Below, one piece after another: positions 11,505 to 23,138 of a stretch of 64,000 nucleotides of DNA (position 1 is its first letter; each line of letters opens with the position of its first letter). The notes beneath the pieces are model-generated. The model worked only from the letters and a program-made list of their open reading frames with translations. It was not told the origin of the DNA and did no database searches. The position numbers and the translations under genes were made by a program. This DNA comes from Yuukianura sp. NJ FZ-2021 (lineage: Eukaryota): contig CM102290.1 in the NCBI GenBank assembly GCA_046563655.1, positions 7,130,001 to 7,194,000 of the forward strand. The letters run 5' to 3'.

Positions 11505-14420
11505 ATCTTCACTGGAGACAATTCCTAGTTCCTGAACTTCGGCCTCTGAACAGACAATCTGACTGTTTGACTAGCAGAAGACGATGAGTTGAATAAAGAA
11601 AATGAACCGATATAAGGATATCCTGAAACCTAAAAAATTGTTAACGTTTTTGCGTGGGGACTGAACTGACACTTCAATTTAAATCAGCTTGAAATCGGCA
11701 CTTCAGATGTAAATTGATGAAAACCGAATAATCAATTGTTTATTCGATGGTTAGGTAATAAAAAAAACTTTAAACTAAATTTACTGGACAATCCTTCCTG
11801 GAGGTGGCCGATTGGAATTTTGTAAATTGCACTTGATATGGCATTTCTCTTCAACAAAACAATAATTTCACAATATGTACGCCGCCTTGTGGAGAACTCA
11901 GCAATCTCTGCTATTCTTTGCCCACATTTTACAAACAAATTGTGACGTCAACATCTGCATTTAGTTATAAACAATTTAACTCAGATTAAAACTTAGGTGT
12001 TAAAGGGTGTTAAGATTGCGCCATTTTTTTTTGTTTTGCCTTTATTCTACCGTGGGTCTTGAAAAAAGTTATAGCATAACAATTGCCAATTGCATTTCAT
12101 TGGCGGATTGTAGTTTTGCCAATGGGGTTTGAATGCCTGAAGCGGGATCATAAAAACCACCTCTTTTTTGTTTTATTTTTTTGATTGACGCCGAAAACAC
12201 AGGTTTAAATTTAGCGCTGTAAACAAGGTTTTGCCGCCAGCTCAACCTTTTTACAAGTTAAGTTCGTGAACAAGCAACCAGCCGAGAGAAACAATAGGTT
12301 AATTGTAGCAACGATATCGAATAATACTATTATTGGTTATTTTAATTCTAATTAAAACGAAAATAATTATTTAAAGCGAACGCTTAATAACAAATTTAAT
12401 GCTGGTATTAGCATTAGTTTGACAGAGAAGGAGCCCAGTCATTCATCAGCCCAGTGGTTAACAGTTGATGCCACCAGCGCAGAACTCGGTTCCTTGGAGA
12501 CTAAACTCGGTGATAAGATCAAATTACACCAATGTTTTTCTCGGTGCAGGACCGTAAAGGCTAAAGTTTTTTCACGTAACTCACTTTCTAGCAAATTATC
12601 TGTTGAGCGCAATACCTCTGATGCCATGTTTTGCTTAGAATTGCCGTCCCTGCCGCTCCGAAAACGATTTTAGGAGTTAACATTAAATTAGAACAACTTA
12701 TTATACGGTACGCTTGATTCACAAGTCCTAAACTCGGTTCCCCTGACTCGGGGTCCCTGAATACCCAAATCCTGATGGTCTTTCGGCATACGTAAGAGTC
12801 CTTGAATCAAGGATTGTGATACACTAAACTTACGATACTTTCGTACCTTTGTAGGGCACGGAGTTTAGTGTAGGATTTAGTTTTGCGCTGTTGGCAGTAA
12901 CTGCTTGTTTAGATTGGAGCTAGGACGGCACGGTGCCTTTTTTAACAATAATTGCACTGTAAGTTGAGATTTTTTGGTTTAATACTAGAGCTAGTAATTA
13001 ATTAGCTAATAATAGATGAAAGCAATTGGCAGTTTCATCCTGCACTTGGTGTAACGTTAAATAACACCAACATCAGTAGTAGAAGCGAATTGAATTGACA
13101 GACAACCTTCCTTCTGATGTATGCATTCATGTTCGGTAAATGGCAATAACGTTAACAGTTCCTTGCTCGCCTTCTCCTTTCGAGTGTATCTTGGATAATT
13201 TGTGGCAGAAAAGTCTTTTACGGAGTAGCGATTATTGGTGATGATTAAGAACAACTTATGACTTCAGAGAAAAGTACTAAAAAAAGTTATTAACCTAACC
13301 ATTCTCTCAATATGGTGATCTCAGAAAAGTAATTATCATGTGGTGGGGACGTGATCTGGTGGTTCACGTGCATCTTCGAAGGTGGGAATTGTTTGTTTTT
13401 GATTCCAATAGCAACAAGATCTGGAACAGTACAGTCACAGTGGTGGAAGTGGAACAGGGGCAGAGTATTGGCTTCAGTCAACACTGGATCCGACTGACTG
13501 ACGTCGACGAACGCCAATACAGTACATAATCGAAGTTTAGGAAGAACAAACAAAGGAGATGGACGCTGAACCCGGAACACAAATGTCAACCTAACTCGTG
13601 ACCTGTATTCTGTATTGTGCGTTTCCAAGGTCTAAAAAAACCAAAAACCAAGGTTTAAACCCTAATCAAATCAACGGGCTACACGTCCATGACATTACTA
13701 CTACACCATCTGGGATTGACATTACGATTAGGTAATGTTAACCATATTGCCTTTTTGAATTATAAACTTACATGCATCACATCGGATTCCAGTGAATTTG
13801 TTGGTTACGTAATAGATGCTTCTAATTTTTACTTCGTTAAATTAGAATAATTATTCCCATCCGTCTCTCACCGTTTCATCCAGTATTTTAGAAGGCACGG
13901 TTTCGGCTTCCTTTTTTCAAGGCTTGCTTGAATATGGAAACCTAATTTTGGCAATACTTCTGATTCTGACCATTCTTTTACAGAGCGACCAGGTTCGAGG
14001 TGCTAAAAGTTTCTACAGCGCACCGTGTATGTTGGATCTTGAATGTCAGCAAACCGTTTTTGTTGCTAACGAGCCAATACTTACGTAATTTTGAAGTCAT
14101 TTAAGGAGAAGCATATCATCTAAGCACACCTTTGCATTTCGTTTGGGAAGCAGCGACATACAAGCAGTCAAAGCCTACAAATTGTTGTAACAAGTTCACC
14201 CTGTACTGGACGGGTAATTTTTTTAAATAAAATTTTATATGATCAAAAAATATTTAAAGAGTATAAGTAAAAATTTAAAGTATGTAAATTTCGTGGAGTT
14301 CTTTTCCGGACGGGAGAGTAATTTTTTTTTCATAACCCTCGCTTAGAATTATGATTTGCTTCTGAAATGTAAAAAACCATGGTTTTACAAATCTATGTAT
14401 TTTAGAATTGTCCTTGGAAT

Positions 14421-17201
14421 ATGGCGTCAGGAAACAGCTACCAAGCTGAGCAAAAGCCGTCAGCAACCGAACTCGGAAATTGCCAACTTGGAGATGAATG
14501 TAGTAGTGATATCGATGTGTACGAAGAGGAGCCAAGTACAAGTACCACTCGTAATAGATCAACTCCCGTGTCAGCAGGAATTCATAGTAGTAACAGTGAA
14601 CACCAATTAATTTATGATGACTGCAACGATACGTATTTTGCGGACCAAATCATACACATACCAGAATCTGACTCCATTGTAAGTTCTTCAACCTTGTAGT
14701 AAGAGGTATATCGTGTACTAACAGTGATAATACGCAATATTTTTATTCATCGAGCGTTAGAAGTTATTTTAAACCTAAACCTAATGTGTACCTATTTTAT
14801 TTATTTTTAGAAATTCAGTTTTAAGAAATTATTCGCATTTACGGGGCCAGGCTTTCTCATGAGTATAGCTTATTTGGATCCAGGAAATATCGAATCTGAT
14901 CTACAATCTGGAGCAGCGGCGCAGTATGACGTGAGATAAATAGTGATCAAAGTTACATTCATTCTCAGCTTAATAGCGTGTTTCATTTCCTTGGTGTTTT
15001 ACTTCTTTTTCCTTGCAGCTACTTTGGCTGCTTCTTTGGTCAACAGTTTTGGGCTTACTGATGCAGCGCTTAGCCGCAAGATTGGGTGTTGTCAGTGGAA
15101 TGCATTTAGCGGAAGCCTGCTACCGACGTTATCCATTGATTCCGAGAATGGTTTTATGGATTATGATTGAAATCGCAATCATAGGGTCAGACATGCAGGA
15201 AGTCATTGGAACCGCCATCGCCTTCTACCTCCTCTCAAACAAAGCGTGAGCTGAAATATAATGTACTGGAAACTTACTAATAATGTAAATGAGCTAATCA
15301 AAGATCGCAATTTATTCACAATTGGCTTTCTCCCTGGATTTTAGAATTCCCCTATGGGGAGGGGTGTTAATTACTGTTGCTGACACGTTTACTTTCCTCT
15401 TTCTTGATAAATACGGACTGCGCAAGCTGGAAGCATTCTTTGGGTTCCTCATTGGTGTCATGGTATTCTCATTTGGTTATGAAGTAAGCGCATCATCCTA
15501 CTTAAGCTTAACCAATTTGAAGGTTTCATTCCACTCCGCTTGTTTACGACATTTGAACGTTTACAATTTTTTTTTCAACAGTACATAAAAGTGGCGCCAG
15601 ATCAAGGCGCACTGCTGTATGGAATGTTTGTACCATCATGTAGAGACTGTTTGTAAGGACAATTTCCAAGATCTTTATTTAAAATACTTACTTCACTTTA
15701 ATACTTACGATTACTTCCTTGAAATGCCACGGCTTTGAAGATGCTACACTTACTAATCATCTTTTCTGTATTTGAACCACTACAGTACAAATAGCAGCGT
15801 TTTGATTAAGGCTGTTGGAATCGTCGGAGCAATTATTATGCCGCATAACTTGTACCTGCATTCTGCGCTAGTCAAGGTAATCTGTTAATATTAATTTAAA
15901 CTCATGAACCTGCTTTGACTTTTTTTTTTCATCTGTTTTAAGTCTCGGGAAGTGGACAGGTCAAAAAAAATTCAAGTCAAGGAAGCAAACCGATATTTTT
16001 TCATTGAAGCTTGTGTCGCCCTCTTCGTTTCCTTTGTGATAAATGTGTTTGTCGTAGCAGTCTTTGCTTCAGGAATGTACGAAAAGACGAACGACGAAAT
16101 CCTAGCAAAATGCGTTGCCAGTGGTAATACACACGCAGACGTGATTCCGGTAATTAAAAAAATACGTTGCCGTCCGAATTTACTATAAGTGCTAGTGTTT
16201 CTTCAGTTTCCTTTGAAATTTCCTCGTACAGAACAACACGGAGCCCTTTGACCCGGACATCTATAAAGGCGGGGTATTTCTGGGTTGTGAGTTTGGCGGC
16301 ATTGCGATGTATATATGGGCCATTGGTATCCTAGCTGCTGGCCAATCGTCCACCATGACTGGAACGTACGCTGGCCAGTTCGTGATGGAGGTAAGGCCGC
16401 TTGAGCTCAGTTATTTTAATATCTTGCAGTTACCGTTAATTGCACTTTACCATGGACATTTACTAGGGATTTCTAGACTTGAGGTGGGCCAGATGGAAAC
16501 GTGTTCTATTGACAAGAACAATTGCCATTCTTCCGACATTTCTAGTTGCAAAATTTCAAGATATCAGCGACTTGTCCGACATGAATGATCTACTCAATGC
16601 CCTAATGTCACTGCAGTTACCATTCGCTCTCCTGCCGTTAATCTCCATGACCAGCTCCGAGAGTATAATGGGAACCTTTAAAAATGGGGTGTAAGTATGC
16701 ATTACATTTAGAGCGAATTAGTTGTATACTGTAATTTTTTTTAAATTCATCACCGCTTTATTTTTACGTCTGAATCCAGATTCAATCGTATTATTTCTTG
16801 TGTGCTCTCCATGGTTGTTATATCCATCAACTCATATTTCGTTTGGACCTACGTCACAAACCATTTTCTCGTGGATGAATATTCGTTGGAATGGCTAGTA
16901 TACTTCGGCCTCGTCCTCTTCGGAATTTGTTACTTCGCGTTTTGCCTGTACCTTACGCTGCACATAGCCGTATCTATGGGAGTCACTGTCTTTGAGAATA
17001 CATGGGTATGTTCGTATCTGCAACAAATTGATCAGTTCGAATATTGAAAAAACTATGCCGTACTATTAACATCTCGTCTATTTTGTTTGTTTCTAGTTCA
17101 TAAGAAGCATCGTGTCTGTCAGGCGAGATCCGAAAGTGCTCGTGAGTGAGTGCCCGGAGAACTACGGGTACGATGAAACAGAGACTGAAAGGACTGCTTA
17201 A
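14421..17201 (+). CDS. Mvl: Malvolio / NRAMP (SLC11) divalent metal transporter
   Basis: Exons 14421-14678, 14811-14930, 15019-15245, 15345-15483, 15582-15652, 15786-15876, 15943-16149, 16232-16390, 16467-16690, 16780-17005, 17097-17201. Motifs [25 protein letters not shown] and [18 protein letters not shown] are intact. Confidence 0.97.
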
Positions 17202-18239
17202 GTTCTTTTTTGTTGAATAATCTACTAGGCGAATATGGTGGCGGTTGCTTCTTTTCATACTCTCAAATGAAAGCTGATCTAATAATGCTCCACTCGCGTC
17301 GCAGGTCATTTCCGCCAAATGGCTTCAGGGATACCGTGAGATGAGATTCGGGGAGTTAAAACCGTCCAAGTATTTAACTGTCTGGAATTGTGAAAGTTGT
17401 TTTGGAGACCGGCAAGTAATGTAGTACTAGTACACTGCTAAAAACACTGGCATTTTTTGGGATTAGTGCCTTGCTCATTAACTACTATCTTAAGAAGTTA
17501 ACCTTCTCTACTAAAAAACCTTCGAGCGCCCTGGTGATTTTCGCCGAGCTGGCAACTCGGTTGGTAAGTCAAGCGATTTATTAGTCGTCTTTCGGAAAAA
17601 TTATCATGAAGAAGTTGATTTCCTCACCTTGTGTAGTTAGTTACTAGAGTTCATTAGTCATTACATTAGTAAGCTGTGTTCCTTACGTTTGAGGTTAAAC
17701 TTCAACTGCAGTTTGTTGGAATGTGCAATCTTATGAGATGACCTAGAAGTTGCAATATTTACCTTAATCTCAAATTGAAATTACACTATTAAAGTTTGCG
17801 GGTTAAAAGTACCTAAAAACTGACCGTGAGAGATGGATGGATTTATACTTTAAAAATGTCGTAAGGGTCACCACCGTCTACATATGTGAAGTCCAAGATA
17901 CTGACTAACCAATACTTATGAAAATAAAAATTAATTAATCTCGGTTGAGCTTTTCTTAATATTCAAGTGGACAATACTGTTTGTATTGAGCATTAAGAAC
18001 TAATCACAATTATGATCATTATCACGGTGGCATTAGAGCTGTTGAGTCAGCCATTTTGTGAGACTGGGTAGTCGTTTCGTTTGAGCATTATGTACTATAA
18101 GAATGCAGTTTACTAAGAATGTACTTTTGCTGGATCCAGCTTGTTTGGCGGGAAATTTTCGCGGGTTCTCTGCTGCAGATTTTTTTTTAAACTCGGAGAG
18201 TTTCTTGCAACACCGACATGGGCTAATGTTACGTATTAA

Positions 18240-18430
18240 CGACCGTCTTCGTAGCGGCACAGTGCAGCCACTCCATTTTTAGTGTTAACAATGACAAGCT
18301 ACACTGTGCGGCGACTTATGTTGCCACTTTAAGTTAAAGTGGCTACTGAAGTTGCCAATCAGGTGTACCCACCCATTGTAGACACTAAAATAGGCGTAGT
18401 GGCTACACTGTGCGGCTACAACGACGGGTG
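18240..18430. mobile_element. 191-bp near-fully palindromic MITE flanked by TTAA
   Basis: TTAA at 18236-18239 and 18431-18434. Arms are cgaccgtcttcgtagcggcacagtgcagccact...ttagtgttaacaatg and cattgtagacactaa...agtggctacactgtgcggctacaacgacgggtg. Palindromic centre gccactttaagttaaagtggc. Confidence 0.8.
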
Positions 18431-18837
18431 TTAAACTTTACTGCAACCCCGACATTGGTTTACCCTCAGCGCCTTCGCTGTTGTTGTTAGTCTCCAATCG
18501 TCTCATTTCATTCATTGTCATTTCAACTGGTTTTAAAAAAAAAAGGTAAGTTACCGATTAAGTTTCTGGTGACAGCAAGCAGTACCAGTGTCATTGTTAC
18601 TAGTCATACTAGTACACACTAATTAATAACAAACCCTGAACAGTTCCAGTTAGTACTAACTAACTGGAAGACAAATCGCTGTACGCCTCACTAGCGAATC
18701 CTGGCTGAACAACGAACTCTCGTTGATAAATTAACCAAACCTATTAAACTACGTTATTATTTATTATGTACTTATTACTGATCCATCTTCTCGCTCCCAT
18801 ATAGGTAACACGTAGGACAAGCGTAAACGGCCTTATT

Positions 18838-19697
18838 ATGGAAGCGAGAAACCTGGCTCCGGGAGAATACTTGATACAATGTCCCTACAATGTTTCGCAC
18901 ATGATTCTGTACGTAAGGAGTTTGACAATAAGTTTAAGGGTATATAAGTTGTGCTAATGTCGTTTTATTATATTTCAAGGAATAAAAAGCAAATCACTCA
19001 TTTGGATAAATGCCGAAAGCAGTATGAGAAGAATGAAGCAGCAAATGGGCGTAAACCTGAAATCGTACCATGCAGATTCAATTTCTCACATAGGATAATT
19101 AAGCCAGAAGTCCGCCTCCACGAACAGCAATGTCCTGATCAGTATACTGTAGTCCACTCTCTTGTTCAAAGTCAAGGTGATGATTTCTGTATCGTTTTTT
19201 GGATATCCTCCTGCGAGTCAGCCTATGCTCACATTTTTTTTCATTGTAGCAGATGTGAAACCGGGTGGTTTCTTGGAGGCTAATCGCGTCAAGCGGGAAT
19301 ATGACACCGAAGGTGGTGCTGCAACTTCCAGTTCCAATGCTACTGGCGCAACTGATTCAATTGAAGACTGGGATGCTGATGCTACTATGGGAACTGAGGC
19401 TTCTGGAGGATACGATCCCAGTATTAAACTGAACGAAGGAACGTTTTTGTAGTAAGCTGTAGCATCAGGAATTGTAATCCTAAAGAGGTGTTCAATTCGT
19501 TCGAAATAACCGATTTGTTTCTCTTTGAAAGCATGAAGCCTGGGATGACTAAGTCTGAGAGACGAGCAGCTAGGGAAGAAAATCGAAGGAAATGGTTGGC
19601 AGAACAGGAGAAAAAAGAGCGCGCCAAATTAGCGGGATATGATTCGGATGATTGGTACGAAGATGATTGTGACAACATTCCCGACTCGAACAATTAG
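18838..19697 (+). CDS. GTSF1: Gametocyte-specific factor 1 / Asterix-like (two CHHC U11-48K zinc fingers; piRNA-pathway PIWI cofactor)
   Basis: Exons 18838-18908, 18980-19176, 19250(or 19253)-19451, 19532-19697. Fingers CPYNVSHMILNKKQITHLDKC and CRFNFSHRIIKPEVRLHEQQC, then acidic EDWD, YDP and PGMTKSERR tail motifs. 5'UTR donor near 18546. Confidence 0.88.
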
Positions 19698-19922
19698 TAC
19701 ACACTGTCAGTTTTTATTACCTTATGAAGTTCCGTGATCTGGCCATCCATCATTCAACATACCATTTTTGTTTCTGTAAAGGTAAAGTATAAAATATTTG
19801 TAAACTTAAGTTTCGGAGTATTGGTAGAACCATACAGCTCTGTAATAAACTGATGTAAATAATGAAGGAATACTGTTGTATTGGGATTTTCTTGGAATTC
19901 GACATCCTGCAGAAGTTGCGAA

Positions 19923-20470
19923 TAGGGCTGCCGCGATTTAGGGTTTTGGCCGCATCGGCGATGCAGCGATTCAGTCTACCTCTTGAATCGCTGTCGCGAT
20001 GCATCGCCCGGCTATCAATTTCAGGTTTATCCTATGGCGCCTTCCGTTTATCTCATAATCATTTACACATTTTTAAGCTTACATAATTTCAACAGTTTTG
20101 CTTCATCTAGAATATCCATAGTTTGCGTTGAAACAAACTTCTAAAACTACTTTTGTGACCATGGTTGATCAACTCACTTCCGGTTTATCTTCGGAGTTGA
20201 AGAAAACGTTTAGTTAGGGTTAATGGCAGTTGAATACAGTGCTACAATTAGTTTCACTTTCAGGCTGATTCTTAGTTCAAAAACTCGAAAACAATTTCCT
20301 AAGTTCACAATTTCGCGGTCAAATTTCAATTTTTCTGCATCGCTGCTGAATCGCGCGATTCAAGCGATTCATGCGTTTTAAAACGGGGGATCAGGATGCA
20401 TCGCGCGATAAGGAAAATGACTGAATCGCTAGACGATTCATCGCTTGAACGATGCACCGCGGCAGCCCTA
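19923..20470. mobile_element. hAT-type MITE
   Basis: TIRs TAGGGCTGCCGCG and CGCGGCAGCCCTA. 8-bp TSD with one mismatch: GTTGCGAA (19915-19922) and GTTCCGAA (20471-20478). Repeated subterminal CGATGC/GCGATTC motifs at both ends. Confidence 0.88.
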
Positions 20471-20689
20471 GTTCCGAATACTGTTTACTAGCAAGATTTA
20501 TTATCACTGAAGGTCTCGCATCGTCGCATCCATACTAATCGTAAACTAGAATGACTTTTCTGAGTCAAAAATGTTGTTTTGAAGTCTTCCACGTGAATTA
20601 GGTTTCTACGAGGTTTAAGTTATACAGGAAACATCACAAGATTTCAGCAGTAGTCCATGCATCATTCAATACTTTGACTACAATTTTTA

Positions 20690-21376
20690 GTAGAGCTCGA
20701 CGCTACGCTATTGCGAAAGAATTGGGACGAAACACGAATTCGCGATGGGAAGATCAGATAGAAGGGTTTGAGCAGCATCATACGCTACGCATGCTTGTCG
20801 CAAGAGCACAACACGTTGGCTCCTCAGGAAAATGCGATGCTGTGTGGTTAAGTATTATTAGTATTAGCATATGTCATGTGTTAACTAAATTTTTGAAACA
20901 GAATCTCCCAAAATACCCGGGGAGAATGGTATTGCGGTTTTCTTGTAATTTTGTTAAGTTACCCTCATCTACTATTTTAATTTTTTAGGCATTTTACCCT
21001 TCAAAATTGTCACAACTTTAGTTGACGTGAGGCCAAACCTAATTCGCTGTAATCACTGCAATGTCAAAAATTGCCGCAAAACGTGCCAACGCCAGCTGAA
21101 CTGCTTTACTTGTAATAATGGCAGAACATTTTGTGACCTTGCAAAAATAGTTTTTTCCCAATATCCCTTGGTTAAGATTTACATAATTTCTGGTGTGCGT
21201 GTATTATAATTCATGAAAATCGAGTGTGGTTTACTAATAATTTCTGGCTCTATTCATCAGTATTAATATAAAATTCTCAACTACGAACACGAACAGTACG
21301 CGTATAGTGGAGGCAACGAAAGGCAATGCGTGGTTTACTAAAGATGAGTACTTTTTTTCTTGTGCGTATTTTTGAG
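20690..21376 (+). pseudogene. Possible decayed Cys-rich gene (exon-like blocks)
   Basis: Phase-compatible blocks ending 20846, 20902-20928 and 20989-21170 give ...AMLCESPKIPGENGILPF...RCNHCNVKNCRKTCQRQLNCFTC. There is an in-frame TAG at 20759-20761 and the next block is out of phase. Confidence 0.3.
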
Positions 21377-23138
21377 GTACTATATTCCGATGTATTTTAA
21401 AGGAAATGTAACAACAACAAACAAACGCCAGTACACGTTTTCATGGCTGTTTTGATTTTTGGTTATATAAAAATTCCCAATTAGTCACTTTTAATTACAC
21501 TATATAAAGGTAAAAATAAACATGTTTATATTACCCACCAGTTATACTTCGATTTGACTGTGAAATGCTTAGATTAATTCCATAACCGAGCATTTTGTAT
21601 TACAAAAGGAATTCCGCTTTCGCAGCAGAAACAGCGAAGGCAAAAGCGGAGCTCTCTTTTTTACTGATCACAATTATGCCGGTGCATCCCAACTTCAACC
21701 TTGAGGAATGATGTTGTACATTTTCAGTTTTTCGGGTAGGAAGGACTACGGAGTAGGGTGAATTCCAAGCACATTCTTCTTCGCCTGGTTCTACCTCCAC
21801 CCTCTGTGTTCTGTGTTGGCTCAGTCATCTGCCGCTGCTGCTATACTTTTTTAGTGAAACTCTTCTCACACTCGTTGAATAACATCGTCAACATCATTGT
21901 TCATCGATTTGTACAGAGCAATAGTAGTATTCAACTTCAATATTTCTACTGGTTAGTTTCCATTGTCAAAATAGTACCGGAACACCGAACAGATACAAAA
22001 GAACAAGGAAATCCCCGTGTTACCCGGAAATTGGTTTCTCTGAAGTCAAAATTCGCAGCGGTGGGTTCACGGTTCAGTGGTAGGTAGTGGTTACATCAAA
22101 TATAAACACTTGACATCAGTGGTGGTTATAAGAAGGAAGTATTTGTAAATTTGGTTAATTAACTTGAACCCAGTACAACGTCAACTGGAAACCACATTTC
22201 TCATCGTTTTCATGTTTGTTGTAGGCTATAGCAGTGGTGAGGGTGACATTTCCAAGTTTTGAGGCTCCAACCAATTATCATTCAAAATAAGACGAGTTGT
22301 CATCGTCAGTCACTGAAAAGTGACAAGTAACCTACAAGTGACAATCCAACTCCCTTCGCTAAACCAAATCGTGGACGTGTTGGGGAATAAAGAAGCATTT
22401 AGGAATCTAAGCCGGTTCGTTGCTAAAAATTTAAGGTGAGTATTAAGCCCGTATCGTAAAACAGGAAAAATTGAATATCCTTTTAAGCACATCGATTCCA
22501 GACCAGAACCTGGATGTAGCCTCCCTACCTCCCAACCTTAACCCCGCCCGAATGACGCGTATTCACATTTATTCGCATATCGCAAGGCGACTACTATACT
22601 GCTGCTACTGAAGATGGTTAGTGTGGATAATGGTGTAGGATTTGGTTTGGGGAGGAAGGATTACTAGGAATCTAATCAATCATTTATATCATTTATTGAT
22701 GGACGTTTTATTTTTCAGAATACATACCGTGGACTCTGAAGAAGAACATTACTCAGTTGTCACCAGGGAAGACCGTTTGTCATCCACCTACCTGCTGCCC
22801 TGCCTAACTCAATTGCCGAAGACAATTCTGTTAGTGGAATTGTGGTGCGTGTTTTTTTTCCTGAGAGTTCTCTTACTAAGCAAACAGCACAGTACACGTA
22901 AGTCAACTTACTCGAAATAATTTGTCATTCCAACAGGGATAAAGTTAAGTGCTGGGATAATGTCTCTACCTTTATCATTAGGGAGATAAAGTGTCAAATC
23001 GTTTGGTAAAGAGAGCAGAGTCTGAAAGTGGAACATACTCAACATCAGTCCTTCCAACTCATTCCATCAGTTCAGGGTTATTACTGTCTTCCGGCGAAGG
23101 ATTTGCTCAAAGATTAATCCAGCCTTAGCACTACTACA

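Noticed and set aside
12419..13254. Possible THAP-like or small gene on the minus strand (KKGTVPS motif; ORFs 12439-12627, 13057-13254)
   Set aside because: Stops in every frame, no C2CH ligands and no phase-consistent exon chain. It could still be a lncRNA.
13425..13800. Iron-responsive element in the NRAMP leader (CAGTG near 13438 and 13790)
   Set aside because: Flanks do not form the 5-bp upper stem with a bulged C. No CAGTGH hairpin was seen in the 3'UTR either.
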